Source: an uncultured Candidatus Saccharibacteria bacterium (GTDB lineage Bacteria > Patescibacteriota > Saccharimonadia > CAILAD01 > JADZBC01). From it: 64,000 nt of DNA. Every line of letters starts with the position of its first letter. Within the stretch, counting starts at the first letter, position 1. The translations under genes were made by a program, and so were the position numbers. Positions 26,039-35,806 of the stretch are shown here, piece after piece. Location: assembly GCA_964600985.1 (NCBI GenBank), contig CAZRJR010000001.1, positions 335,431 through 399,430 of the forward strand. The letters are read 5' to 3'. The notes under the pieces were generated by a model, which did no database searches, was not told the origin of the DNA, and was given only the letters and a program-made list of their open reading frames with translations.

Positions 26039-27502
26039 CTAACCTAAAACTCTGATAGCCGCTTCAAGTCTTTGAACGGACTGGGCTTCACCTAGCGTAG
26101 CTAGCGTTTCGAATAGCCCTGGCGCAGCAGTGCGGCCCGTAATGGCCACGCGGATGGCATAGAACAACTTGCCTGCATGTAAGTCGTGCTGGCTCACTAA
26201 AGTCCGTAGTGACGCCTCGATTTGCTCTTGCTGCCACTCAGTATTTTCTAAGCTCTTCACTACCAATTCCAGCCAGCCCTTCACGTCTGCTGGCGAAGAC
26301 TTCTTAGTCAACAAATCCTTAATTTCCGAACTAAGCTTAGGCGCGACGAAGAAGAATTCTACTACTTCCGGAATATCACTCAAAACCTTAACTCGCTCCC
26401 GATCCAGAAGGAGTACTTCTTGGATGTAGTCATCGCCAAAACCCTCTGTACCATAATCTGCCTTCAGCAAAGCTTGCTTGGCAGCCACTACATACTCCTC
26501 TTGGCTCAGTACATTGCGTATGTATTCGCCATTCATCCAGCGTAGGCGTTCAATATCGAATTGCGCCGGGCTTTTCTGTACTCGATCAAGTGAGAACTTT
26601 TGTATCAGTTCTTCTAGACTAAAGACCTCCTGGGTAGTGCCGTCATTCCAGCCAAGCAGAGCCAAAAAATTAATCATCGCCTCTGGCAAATAGCCCTGGT
26701 CGCGATAATCGAGCGCATCCACATCCCCATCGCGTTTAGATAGTTTCTTCTTGCCATCAGCACCAAGAATAGTCGGGCAGTGCGCAAATACCGGTCGTTG
26801 CCAACCAAAATAGTCATAGAGTAAGGCATGCTTAGGAGTCGAAGCCAAGAACTCTGGGCCTCGCACTACATGGCTTATATTCATAAGGTGATCATCGACC
26901 ACATTGGCAAAGTTGTAAGTTGGGTATCCATCGGCTTTTATAATTATAAAGTCGTCAATTATGTCATGATCGACCACAAATTCACCATGGACACTATCGC
27001 CCCACTCGAGCGATCCTGGACTAACTGCCAAACGTATTGGCAGCCCCTCGGTACTTACAACACTTTCGCTCGGCTCCATCGATTTGCGGTACACAAACGG
27101 ACGCTTTTCATCGATTGCTTGCTGCTTAAGCATAGCAAATGCATCTGGGCTAATGCCAGAATAGTAAGCCTTCCCTTCTGCCACCAATTGTTGCGCATAA
27201 CGTTGGTATATACCAAGCTTATGGCGCTCGGACTGTATGTATGGGCCAAATTCCCCAGAACCTTCATTGGTAGGTCCTTCATCAACATGCAGCCCAACCC
27301 ATTCAAGAGCTCGCATGATTTGGTCTATACCGCCCTCGACCAAGCGTTCTCGGTCGGTATCCTCTATACGAAGTACGAAGTCACCACCATGGTGTTTGGC
27401 CAACAGGTAGCTATATAACGCAGTACGTAAGCCCCCTATATGAAGTAAGCCAGTTGGGCTAGGTGCAAAGCGGGTACGAACTCGAGAGCTGTGTTTTTCC
27501 AT
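26039..27502 (-). CDS. gltX: Glutamate--tRNA ligase
   Basis: RFAPSPTGLLHIGG (HIGH) and KLSKRDG (KMSKS). Confidence 0.9.
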   Translation of the reverse strand: MEKHSSRVRTRFAPSPTGLLHIGGLRTALYSYLLAKHHGGDFVLRIEDTDRERLVEGGIDQIMRALEWVGLHVDEGPTNEGSGEFGPYIQSERHKLGIYQRYAQQLVAEGKAYYSGISPDAFAMLKQQAIDEKRPFVYRKSMEPSESVVSTEGLPIRLAVSPGSLEWGDSVHGEFVVDHDIIDDFIIIKADGYPTYNFANVVDDHLMNISHVVRGPEFLASTPKHALLYDYFGWQRPVFAHCPTILGADGKKKLSKRDGDVDALDYRDQGYLPEAMINFLALLGWNDGTTQEVFSLEELIQKFSLDRVQKSPAQFDIERLRWMNGEYIRNVLSQEEYVVAAKQALLKADYGTEGFGDDYIQEVLLLDRERVKVLSDIPEVVEFFFVAPKLSSEIKDLLTKKSSPADVKGWLELVVKSLENTEWQQEQIEASLRTLVSQHDLHAGKLFYAIRVAITGRTAAPGLFETLATLGEAQSVQRLEAAIRVLG

Positions 27503-27535
27503 GTACCTAGTATACCTAATATTCCTAGAGTTCGG

Positions 27536-27868
27536 CTAGTGAAGGAGGTCTTCGGGACTAATCTCCACTGCAGTGTCCGCGTCCATACGATAAAACACTA
27601 CCTTGTGCGTTCGTTCATTAGGGTCGTATTGCACATGAGAGCTCGTGGCAATGCCAGTTTTGTTATAAGTAGTCCGCTTATCCACTATGGTCGGCGAACT
27701 AATCCGTTCTATACGGTATTCTTGGCCCTGACGTGTAAAATCGATTTGATCAACGAGCGCCATAAGCTCTCGCTCGCCCTCAATTGGCTGTTCAAATTTA
27801 CGAGATCGAGTGATGCCAAAATTAACGTCTATGCGATCGACCAGGTCTTCCCAGGCCCGATCACTCAT
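27536..27868 (-). CDS. Hypothetical 110-aa protein, coupled (ATGA) to the upstream membrane protein
   Basis: ORF with a 4-nt overlap. No family recognised. Confidence 0.45.
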   Translation of the reverse strand: MSDRAWEDLVDRIDVNFGITRSRKFEQPIEGERELMALVDQIDFTRQGQEYRIERISSPTIVDKRTTYNKTGIATSSHVQYDPNERTHKVVFYRMDADTAVEISPEDLLH

Positions 27869-29397
27869 AGGCTAGTTGCCAGCTTAATGATCTGATCTTG
27901 TGACAATCCACTATCACTACCCTCTACCTTATACCAAGTACCGTTATTGACCCAGCTAGCTTGATTACCATCATAAAGATATATGGTTAGCCCCTGAGCT
28001 TGGAGCGCCAAGTAGTTACTAGACTTGGGTGCCACATAATTCTCTGCTAAGGCCTGAGAGTCCCAGCTTGTTTTTGACTCACTTACCTGGAGTGACTTAC
28101 CGGTCTTAGTATTAGCAATATTGTAGCTGATGTTGCCCGCACTTGACTGGATATTACCACTCAATTTCCAGCCATTTGGTACATAACCGGGGAAGTTGGC
28201 ACTAATGCCCGCCTTACTGCCAGCTACCTTCAGCGCTAGATTTGGGTAATTAACTTGCCAAATATAGCCGCCGATTAGGAGTAGTCCAACTAGACTAAGA
28301 GCCACACTGCTCGCACGTACCCCCTTAGAAGCTGGCTTGGCGGGGGCTGGTGTGGCACCAGTTGGCATGCCCGGCATAGCAGGTTGATTGACGCTATCAC
28401 TAGGGGCCGCAGCAGTCTGTTGCGACACTGGCGATGGCTGAGCGGAAAGCGCTGGTGGAGCAACCGCTTCTGGTGTAGGGGCAGGAGTGTTCAGTATAGA
28501 CTCGAGGGGCTGATCGGCAGACAAGGCCGGTGCTACTGGCTCAACTGGTGCCGATACAGTGGCTACAGGCGCGGCGGAAGGCGCTGGTGGCTGCTGTGTA
28601 GGCTTAGGTGTCGTAATCGAGGCAGCTACACTAGGAGCTACAGGCGTTGGAGCCGCGGGGCGCACATCGCTAACCGCCTTAGGTAATTTATTGGTAGCCG
28701 ATTGGGTTAAATCCAGCTTATAGCTGGACTCTGCCGGCATAGTCGATACCGTTTGTACCGTACTGGCTGGACCAATTGACTGAGTCGACATAGACTCTTT
28801 GATGTCTTGTGGTTCAGTTTGCTTAGCCGCAGGGGGTTGAACTGGAGTATCATGAGTATCTTGTGGAGTTAGCTCCGGTTTTACCTCTGGCTGTGCTCCA
28901 GCATCATTGTCACTGCTCGGCATAGGCTCCTTCGTGGCCTTAGCAAGTTCGTCGAGAGTCTCATCGCTCATAACTGATTCACCTGCCTTATCATCAAGCG
29001 ACCCAATCTCACTTGGTGTGGCAGCAAACTTACTAATACTGGCGCTCTGCTGGGTATTCATAGCGCTATTGAGCTGATCAGCCTTAAGGCGCGCTTGCAG
29101 AATTACATCGTTATTTTCGTTTGCCGTACTGCTCGTAATAGCATTTGAAGGCGGCATACGCTCGGCTGGCGCAACACTCGCCACGCTAGCCGCACTTGGG
29201 CTGGGTTGGATAGCTGGGGTATCGGCACTTGAATGCGCCACCGTACTCAGGCTCGGCGTGGCAGTTGCGGCAGGTGCTTGCGAGGTAGCCGACTGCGGAG
29301 TGCCGCAGTGCGCACAGAAGGTCTTACCAGCAATCGTAATAGAGTCTTGCTCGTTGCAGTTCGTGCAGGCAGTAGATGTATTTGCTCCGTCGCTCAT
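27865..29397 (-). CDS. Membrane protein with an N-terminal CxxC...CxxC zinc ribbon, a long P/A/S-rich linker, one TM and a C-terminal extracytoplasmic domain (anti-sigma-like architecture)
   Basis: CTNCNEQ...CAHCG. Hydrophobic helix SSVALSLVGLLLIGGYIW. Confidence 0.55.
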   Translation of the reverse strand: MSDGANTSTACTNCNEQDSITIAGKTFCAHCGTPQSATSQAPAATATPSLSTVAHSSADTPAIQPSPSAASVASVAPAERMPPSNAITSSTANENNDVILQARLKADQLNSAMNTQQSASISKFAATPSEIGSLDDKAGESVMSDETLDELAKATKEPMPSSDNDAGAQPEVKPELTPQDTHDTPVQPPAAKQTEPQDIKESMSTQSIGPASTVQTVSTMPAESSYKLDLTQSATNKLPKAVSDVRPAAPTPVAPSVAASITTPKPTQQPPAPSAAPVATVSAPVEPVAPALSADQPLESILNTPAPTPEAVAPPALSAQPSPVSQQTAAAPSDSVNQPAMPGMPTGATPAPAKPASKGVRASSVALSLVGLLLIGGYIWQVNYPNLALKVAGSKAGISANFPGYVPNGWKLSGNIQSSAGNISYNIANTKTGKSLQVSESKTSWDSQALAENYVAPKSSNYLALQAQGLTIYLYDGNQASWVNNGTWYKVEGSDSGLSQDQIIKLATSL

Positions 29398-29452
29398 TAT
29401 GCTTATCCTAGAGTCATTCTAGCATGCCCAAAGCATGAGCGTAAAGTGATTT

Positions 29453-30340
29453 TTATGATGATTCTTTGGTATAAAGCTGCTTAGCCTGCTTTTGCACGGC
29501 CATTATAAATCGCGGCACAGCTAGCTGGCGCTTAATTCGACTTGGTTGCAGTATGAGTCGCCACAACCATTCCAATCCCAATCTGCGCATGGTGTACGGA
29601 GCACGCTTTTTACTGCCGCCCATTTCCTCATAATCAAAGGAACCGCCCTCGCCAATCATAACACTCGCCAACCCAGCATGAGCAAATGTATCCATAAATA
29701 CCTCCTGACGCGGAAAACCCATAGCAACGCACAGTATGTCGAGCCGAGCAGATTTAATACTATCGATAATCCGACTCAACTCATCATTATTTTGCCAGTG
29801 CGTATAATCAGACGATTGCGTGGCCTGTGTGTAGCCAGTCCATGTTCCCTGTAACTTAAGCTCAGGCCAGCGAGTGCCAAGTGCATGTTTTATACGAAGT
29901 GGATCATCCCCGCCTATTACACCCACACGCCAGCCCTTGACCTGCGCCATATCAAGCAATTGCTTGGTATAGGTAATGCCGGCAAATTTTTCGGGTAGAA
30001 TTTGGTCTCGCCAAGCTGGCTTTTGCAACCACACAATCAGACTGCGTAATAACTTTATTGTAGTCGGCTTCGAGTGTGGTTCGCCATACAAGTAACTTGC
30101 CGCCCACTGGAGCGAGACACCGTCCGGGACGGAAAGAGCTGATTTATTGAGCACAGCCTGCACGGCTGTATCGCGCAAGGCAGAGGTCATAAATTCTACA
30201 TAAGGCTTGGTAATCACTCGAGCTGATTTAGTAGGTTTCACCACATACTCGTTTATGAGATCGAGCGACTGCTTCATGGTAAATACGTCCACTCGTACGC
30301 CCAGAATATCGCAGTTAGTCCGCACTGGCTTATTTAGCAT
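29453..30340 (-). CDS. WecB/TagA/CpsF-family glycosyltransferase
   Basis: DILGVRVDVFTMKQSLDLI...SVPDGVSLQWA...CVAMGFPRQEVFM, typical of the TagA family. Confidence 0.8.
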   Translation of the reverse strand: MLNKPVRTNCDILGVRVDVFTMKQSLDLINEYVVKPTKSARVITKPYVEFMTSALRDTAVQAVLNKSALSVPDGVSLQWAASYLYGEPHSKPTTIKLLRSLIVWLQKPAWRDQILPEKFAGITYTKQLLDMAQVKGWRVGVIGGDDPLRIKHALGTRWPELKLQGTWTGYTQATQSSDYTHWQNNDELSRIIDSIKSARLDILCVAMGFPRQEVFMDTFAHAGLASVMIGEGGSFDYEEMGGSKKRAPYTMRRLGLEWLWRLILQPSRIKRQLAVPRFIMAVQKQAKQLYTKESS

Positions 30341-31454
30341 CGTGCAAAGCCTCCTCTACGTAGCTATCAAGTTTAGCTATAAAGTTTGCATGACTAAACT
30401 TACGCGCAATTGCCTTAATCTTTGCCTTATCCCACTTTGTGTGCTCAAACGCAGGTAACGCGCTGCGCAAACTCTCGCTCGTGGGCTGACTAAAGAACAG
30501 TCCACTCACACCCTCTTGTACGGTCTCCTTGAGCCCACCAGCGGCCAATGCAAGCACTGGTGTTCCGAGCGACATGGCCTCGACCGGCGTCATGCCAAAG
30601 TCTTCTAGGCCCGGGAAGATAAAGCCTCGCGCCTGCACCATTAGTTCACTGCGCCGAGCATCGCTCACCCTACCCTCGAATGTAATATTGGGCGCACCCA
30701 TTGCTAGATTTTCCAAACGAGCCCGGTCCGGACCATCGCCGGCAATAATGAGTTTATACTTGGTTTGCTTAAAGGCCTCGATAGCAATGTCGATATTCTT
30801 ATACCGGCTTAATACCGAGAGCACAAGATAGTAGTCACCCATGTCCCCAATAGTAGACTCAGTGCTTAGCTGTCGAACCGGCGGATACAGCACGTCGGTC
30901 TCGACCCCATAGTACTTTTTCATCCTACTTGCGATGTAGGCACTATTGCCAACGATCTTATGAATCCGCTCGGTACTGTAAAAATCCCATAGTCGCAAGC
31001 GCGAAGCCATATGGGTAATTACAAAGCGACTCACTGGCCCAACCTTGAACGGCCCAAGTTTTTTACCCTCCAGGTACTTCGGCCAGCTATCCCACAGCAT
31101 GCGCGCCGGCGAATGGCAGTAACAAAAGTGCTTACTGCCTTCTGGCACTTTAATATTCTTTACCCAAGCTGATGAGTTGGTAATAATGAGGTCGTAACCT
31201 GTAAAGTCAAAGCTCTCTACCGCCCGACGCATAAACGGCAACATAAGTTCTGGACGGCTCTTAATAGGCCTTGGTATACGCTGCAGAAAGCTCGTATGAA
31301 CATTCCGTTTCTTTAAATATGGAGTATAGCGCCTCTTGTCGCAAACCAATGCAAAGAGCTCAGCCTGCGGGTAGTGTTCGGCCAACTCGAAGAAGACTTG
31401 CTCCGCACCCCCAACTCTAGACCCCAACCAGTCATGTACAATCGCTACTTTCAT
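30330..31454 (-). CDS. GT-B glycosyltransferase (family 4-like)
   Basis: MKVAIVHDWL...GGAEQV N-terminus and C-terminal EGFGMTPVEAMSLGTPV-like motif. Confidence 0.8.
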   Translation of the reverse strand: MKVAIVHDWLGSRVGGAEQVFFELAEHYPQAELFALVCDKRRYTPYLKKRNVHTSFLQRIPRPIKSRPELMLPFMRRAVESFDFTGYDLIITNSSAWVKNIKVPEGSKHFCYCHSPARMLWDSWPKYLEGKKLGPFKVGPVSRFVITHMASRLRLWDFYSTERIHKIVGNSAYIASRMKKYYGVETDVLYPPVRQLSTESTIGDMGDYYLVLSVLSRYKNIDIAIEAFKQTKYKLIIAGDGPDRARLENLAMGAPNITFEGRVSDARRSELMVQARGFIFPGLEDFGMTPVEAMSLGTPVLALAAGGLKETVQEGVSGLFFSQPTSESLRSALPAFEHTKWDKAKIKAIARKFSHANFIAKLDSYVEEALHDAK

Positions 31455-32734
31455 ACTCGTTTATTCCTCATGAGGCCAAGCAAGCTAAATGTCATGATGC
31501 CAAGCGTACTATCTGCCCAAGCGTGCAAAAACAGGTTGGTTAGCGAAAGGCCCATAATGCTCGCTGCCAACGCCAAACTAAGTGGAGAATTTAATCGAAC
31601 TAATTCGACAACATTATTACCACAAAACACTATAAACAACGCCAAGCCGACTAATCCAAGTTCTAAACCAATCTGCAAATACCAACTTTCTGTTATAAAC
31701 GGTTGGCTAGCCCGAAAGCTCGCTGGGCCAGCTGTGCCCAAGCCGTGCCCCCATGGTTCGCGCGCGATCACAGCTATGGCCTTGCGCTGGGAGCTGGTTC
31801 GGCCCACATCCGAGCCCTCGACCTGACTCGTGTCATTATACCGACCGTGCAACAAGAAGTACTGAGCCTTCGTACCCTTAAGGTATTGCGGTAGCGAACT
31901 CGACAACAGTAAAAGACTCACAAGGCCCAACCCTACCAGAGTTGCCAAAATGATTTTAAGCATCTTATTTCCAAGTAAGAACACTGCGCACACCAGCGCT
32001 ACCATCATGCCAAGCCATGCACTGCGAGAAAACGACACTACAGACCCTGCTCCCGTCAATATAGCACCGAGTGCGTACTGCCAGCGCTTAGTGCGTACCG
32101 CTAGTACAAGCCCTAAAATGGTCGGCAGAATCAAGTAAGCACCTAATTGATTTGGGCCACCGAGGGTTGCAAAGGCACGAATGCTACGTACGGCGGGATC
32201 CACTAGTTGAATTGGCCGAATGGTGGTGTCGCTATAGCCCAAAATCCCCCACCAGCTCTGCGGAATGAAGTATTCTTGCAGGATGGCAACGGTGGCAACC
32301 ATATAGCTCGGCCAGAGTACTAATTTTGTCAGTAATTCATCGTTCACCTGCACCCCAGCAAGCTGAATGGCCAAGAACAATATAAATGGCAGTAGTACTA
32401 CCTTTATGCCGAATACAGCGGGCACGAACGCTACGCCAAGAGCGACGGTTATCACCAGCCCAAGTGCGACAAATGCCAATGCTAATACATTGCTGGTGTC
32501 GAGACGGAATAGCCGCTCTTTAGGCTGAGAACGTGCAAATATATAAACCGACAAACCAACGATTGCGATACTCAACAGCTCCTTCCAGCCCTGCCAAATA
32601 GCCTGGTGACCAATAAACTTGCCGAGCACTATAACCAAGAAGGCATGAAAGGGCATTACCGCCAGCAGCAATACTACAGCCCACCACACCATATGCCTCG
32701 GTACCGCTACAACCAATGTGCTACCCGACTTCAT
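31451..32734 (-). CDS. O-antigen ligase/polymerase-like (Wzy_C) polytopic membrane protein
   Basis: About 10 TM helices plus an SFSRSAWLG loop. Start set at the ATG that makes an ATGA overlap with the mreB stop; the track start at 32806 would overlap mreB by 75 nt. Confidence 0.65.
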   Translation of the reverse strand: MKSGSTLVVAVPRHMVWWAVVLLLAVMPFHAFLVIVLGKFIGHQAIWQGWKELLSIAIVGLSVYIFARSQPKERLFRLDTSNVLALAFVALGLVITVALGVAFVPAVFGIKVVLLPFILFLAIQLAGVQVNDELLTKLVLWPSYMVATVAILQEYFIPQSWWGILGYSDTTIRPIQLVDPAVRSIRAFATLGGPNQLGAYLILPTILGLVLAVRTKRWQYALGAILTGAGSVVSFSRSAWLGMMVALVCAVFLLGNKMLKIILATLVGLGLVSLLLLSSSLPQYLKGTKAQYFLLHGRYNDTSQVEGSDVGRTSSQRKAIAVIAREPWGHGLGTAGPASFRASQPFITESWYLQIGLELGLVGLALFIVFCGNNVVELVRLNSPLSLALAASIMGLSLTNLFLHAWADSTLGIMTFSLLGLMRNKRV

Positions 32735-33738
32735 CGGTTGCTCATTACGCTCCGCATGTAGTCGTCGAGGTTTTCGAGCGCAATACCAGTTCCACGCACC
32801 ACACACAAAAGCGGTTCCTCGGCAATATAGCTTGGCACACCAGTAACTTTGGTCATAAGCTTATCAATGTTACGTAGGAGCGCTCCGCCGCCCGTCATAA
32901 CCATACCGCGGTCAATTATATCGCTAGAAAGTTCAGGGGGGGTCTGTTCGAGCACGGCTCGTACCGCCAATATAATTGCATCGAGCGGATCAGCAATCGC
33001 TTCGGTAATCTCGGTAGAATTAAGGGTAATAGTTTTGGGTAAGCCAGCCACCATATCACGGCCCCGAATCTGCATAGTCATTGGCTTATCGAGCGGCAAG
33101 GCGCTACCAATCTCCTTTTTGATCTCCTCAGCTGTTTGATCGCCCACAATCAAGCTGTACTTTTTGCGTATATAATCCGCAATAGCCTGGTCAATCTTGT
33201 CGCCCCCCATACGCACGCTGTTCTGGGCTACAATACCACCGAGCGAAATAATCGCTACCTCGGTGGTACCACCGCCAATGTCTACCACCAAGTTACCAGC
33301 TGGTGCGGCAATCGGCACACCAGCCCCAATCGCCGCAGCGACCGGCTCACGAATAATATACGTGCGCTTAGCACCAGCGGCCGACGCTGCGTCGATCACC
33401 GCTCGCCGCTCGGTTGAGGTTACACCGGCAGGCACACTAATCATGAGCTCGGGGCGACCCAGTCGAAAACTCCCGCTCACCTTGTCTATAAAGTGTCTTA
33501 ACATAGCCTGGGTGATTCTATAATCAGCTATCACGCCGTCACGCAGTGGCTTGGATGCCGTTATGATATCTGGGGTACGACCCAGCATTTCGCGCGCTTC
33601 GTTACCAATAGCCACGATACGGTTGTCGTCTACACTTACAGCCACCACCGACGGCTCGTTGGCCACAATGCCTTTTTTCGGAATGTACACCAAGGTGTTG
33701 GAGGTACCTAGATCAATTGCAATGCGTTTTTTAAGCAT
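32731..33738 (-). CDS. mreB: Rod-shape-determining actin homolog MreB
   Basis: IAIDLGTSNTLVY and VVDIGGGTTEVA (actin-fold phosphate motifs). Confidence 0.9.
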   Translation of the reverse strand: MLKKRIAIDLGTSNTLVYIPKKGIVANEPSVVAVSVDDNRIVAIGNEAREMLGRTPDIITASKPLRDGVIADYRITQAMLRHFIDKVSGSFRLGRPELMISVPAGVTSTERRAVIDAASAAGAKRTYIIREPVAAAIGAGVPIAAPAGNLVVDIGGGTTEVAIISLGGIVAQNSVRMGGDKIDQAIADYIRKKYSLIVGDQTAEEIKKEIGSALPLDKPMTMQIRGRDMVAGLPKTITLNSTEITEAIADPLDAIILAVRAVLEQTPPELSSDIIDRGMVMTGGGALLRNIDKLMTKVTGVPSYIAEEPLLCVVRGTGIALENLDDYMRSVMSNR

Positions 33739-33774
33739 ATGTCTATTTTAGCAAGCGCTTGAGCGACTGGCCAG

Positions 33775-35028
33775 CTAATCTACCCGGTGCATTTTAGCAC
33801 CAAGCGAAACCAAGCGCTTGTCGAAGAATTCGTAGCCGCGATCAATGTGCTCCACCCGATCAATCGTAGTTGTGCCTTCGGCTATCAAGGCGGCAATTAA
33901 TATAGTTGCGCCAGCCCGGATGTCGAAGCTAATTAGGTCTGTGCCATGCAAGCGCGTGGGCCCTTCTATTTGCCCTACGTGTGGGTCACGAATGCTCGTT
34001 TCGGCACCCATGCGCTGCAGCTCGAACAAGTAATTCAGTCGGCCTTCATACATAATTTCGCATATTTCTGATTTGCCTTTTGCCTGGGTCATGAGTACAG
34101 CAAAAGGCGCCTGCAAGTCACTCGGCAAACCAGGGTATGGCTGGGTTTGAATCCGTACGGCACGCAGACCCTCGACTGGACCCACCTCGATTGTGCGGTC
34201 GTCTAACATAGTAAAGTTCACACCCATTTCTTCGAATTTAAGCAGGAGCATGTCATGGTCTTCGCGCACAAATTCGTCGATAATTACATGGCCCCTACTT
34301 GCTGCTGCCGCAATAGCGAGCGTACCAGCTTCGAGTTGGTCGGGTATAATGGTGCCTTCTCCGGGGTGTAGCCGTTCTACGCCCTCGACTGTAAGTATAT
34401 AGCTATACATGCCACTAATTTTTGCCCCTAGGTTATTTAAGAACATGCATAGCTCTACCACGTGAGGCTCGCAAGCCGCCAACCTAATAGTGGTGGTACC
34501 ACTCCCCAGTACGGCTGCCAGTAGAGCGTTCTCGGTAGGAGTTACCCCAAGCTCGGCATTTATAGTTTTGCCGGCTTGCAAACGCCCGCTCAGCGCCACG
34601 CCCTCTTCATTGGCCTCCACCTTATAGCCCAGCATTCCAAATATTTTATGATGCACGCCAAGTGAGCGAGCACCGATAATGTCTCCGCCTGGTTGGGCAA
34701 TTGCTACTCGCTCCAACCGACCAATTGCACCACCGAGCACCAGTACCGAAGCGCGCATACGGCGAGCGTCCTGCAAATAACCATCGTATTCATGCAAGTT
34801 AGTCGCGTCTATAGTAAGTGTGGTGCCGTCGCGTTCCACACTTGCGCCCAGGTCACGGAACATATCGGTCATAACGTCCACATCAGATATATGTGGTACA
34901 TTGTGCAGGGTGGTTTTACCCTCAACCAGCAAGCATGCCGCCATCATCGGCAAGGCGTGATTCTTACTGCCAGCTACCTTAATTCGACCGTGTAGTGGTG
35001 TGGGACCTTCTACAATAAGTTTTGACAT
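33775..35028 (-). CDS. murA: UDP-N-acetylglucosamine 1-carboxyvinyltransferase
   Basis: LIVEGPTPLHGRIKVAGSKNHALP N-terminus. EPSP-synthase-like fold of about 420 aa. Confidence 0.9.
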   Translation of the reverse strand: MSKLIVEGPTPLHGRIKVAGSKNHALPMMAACLLVEGKTTLHNVPHISDVDVMTDMFRDLGASVERDGTTLTIDATNLHEYDGYLQDARRMRASVLVLGGAIGRLERVAIAQPGGDIIGARSLGVHHKIFGMLGYKVEANEEGVALSGRLQAGKTINAELGVTPTENALLAAVLGSGTTTIRLAACEPHVVELCMFLNNLGAKISGMYSYILTVEGVERLHPGEGTIIPDQLEAGTLAIAAAASRGHVIIDEFVREDHDMLLLKFEEMGVNFTMLDDRTIEVGPVEGLRAVRIQTQPYPGLPSDLQAPFAVLMTQAKGKSEICEIMYEGRLNYLFELQRMGAETSIRDPHVGQIEGPTRLHGTDLISFDIRAGATILIAALIAEGTTTIDRVEHIDRGYEFFDKRLVSLGAKMHRVD

Positions 35029-35101
35029 GCTCGCTCCTTTATACAATGACGACAGAACTCAATTCTACCATATGTAGAGTCAAGATAACCAAGCTATAAG
35101 C

Positions 35102-35725
35102 TCAGTCATCATGCATAATAACTAGCCCGATGTCCTGTGCAAGAGACGGTGCAAGCTCGAGCAGCTGATCGTATGTTGTTAGCGCACCTTTTAAGCTCGT
35201 GGCGCCAATAATCCCAGCTAACTTAGAGCCACGCAGATCCAGACTCTTGATTTGAGCGTTTGAGAAGTTTACTCTTTCTAGTTCGCAACCGACCATTTCA
35301 ACCCCATCAAATAAAACATTAGTAAAGTCCGCATTTTGCATTAGGCAATTTTCAAAACGCACCCTTTTTAAACGTGCACCACTAAAGTTTGCCATATCGA
35401 GTTTGCAATCCATATAAGACACCTGCTTCTGTTTTGACTCGTACAGTTTAATTCCGCTAGCGCGGGTGCTTGTAATTGCACTATGCTCTATATAAGACCT
35501 ATGGCAATCGAGTCCAGCAGTCTCGCATCTAATGACCTCGCATTTCTTCAAAGTCAACTCTGGTAGCTCTAGCCCACTTAAGTTCGCGCCCTTCAGGTCA
35601 CACCTCTTAAAATACACATTACGGGCGACTGAATCTATTTTTACGCTCTCAATTATAAGGTTCGTATACTCTTCGCCAGACTCTACATGCAGGTCCACAC
35701 TGGTATTATCGGAGATCTTGTCCAT
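35102..35725 (-). CDS. Pentapeptide-repeat protein (Qnr/MfpA-like size, 207 aa)
   Basis: Tandem A(D/N)LxG-type pentapeptide repeats throughout (CDLKGANLSGLEL..., ANFSGARLKRVRF...). Confidence 0.75.
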   Translation of the reverse strand: MDKISDNTSVDLHVESGEEYTNLIIESVKIDSVARNVYFKRCDLKGANLSGLELPELTLKKCEVIRCETAGLDCHRSYIEHSAITSTRASGIKLYESKQKQVSYMDCKLDMANFSGARLKRVRFENCLMQNADFTNVLFDGVEMVGCELERVNFSNAQIKSLDLRGSKLAGIIGATSLKGALTTYDQLLELAPSLAQDIGLVIMHDD

Positions 35726-35806
35726 AAATGGATTATAGCAGTCAATGCTGTTGTTATGGTTCTTAACAAAGTGCCTATATAAGACTATAATCTAGGCAAT
35801 ACACTC

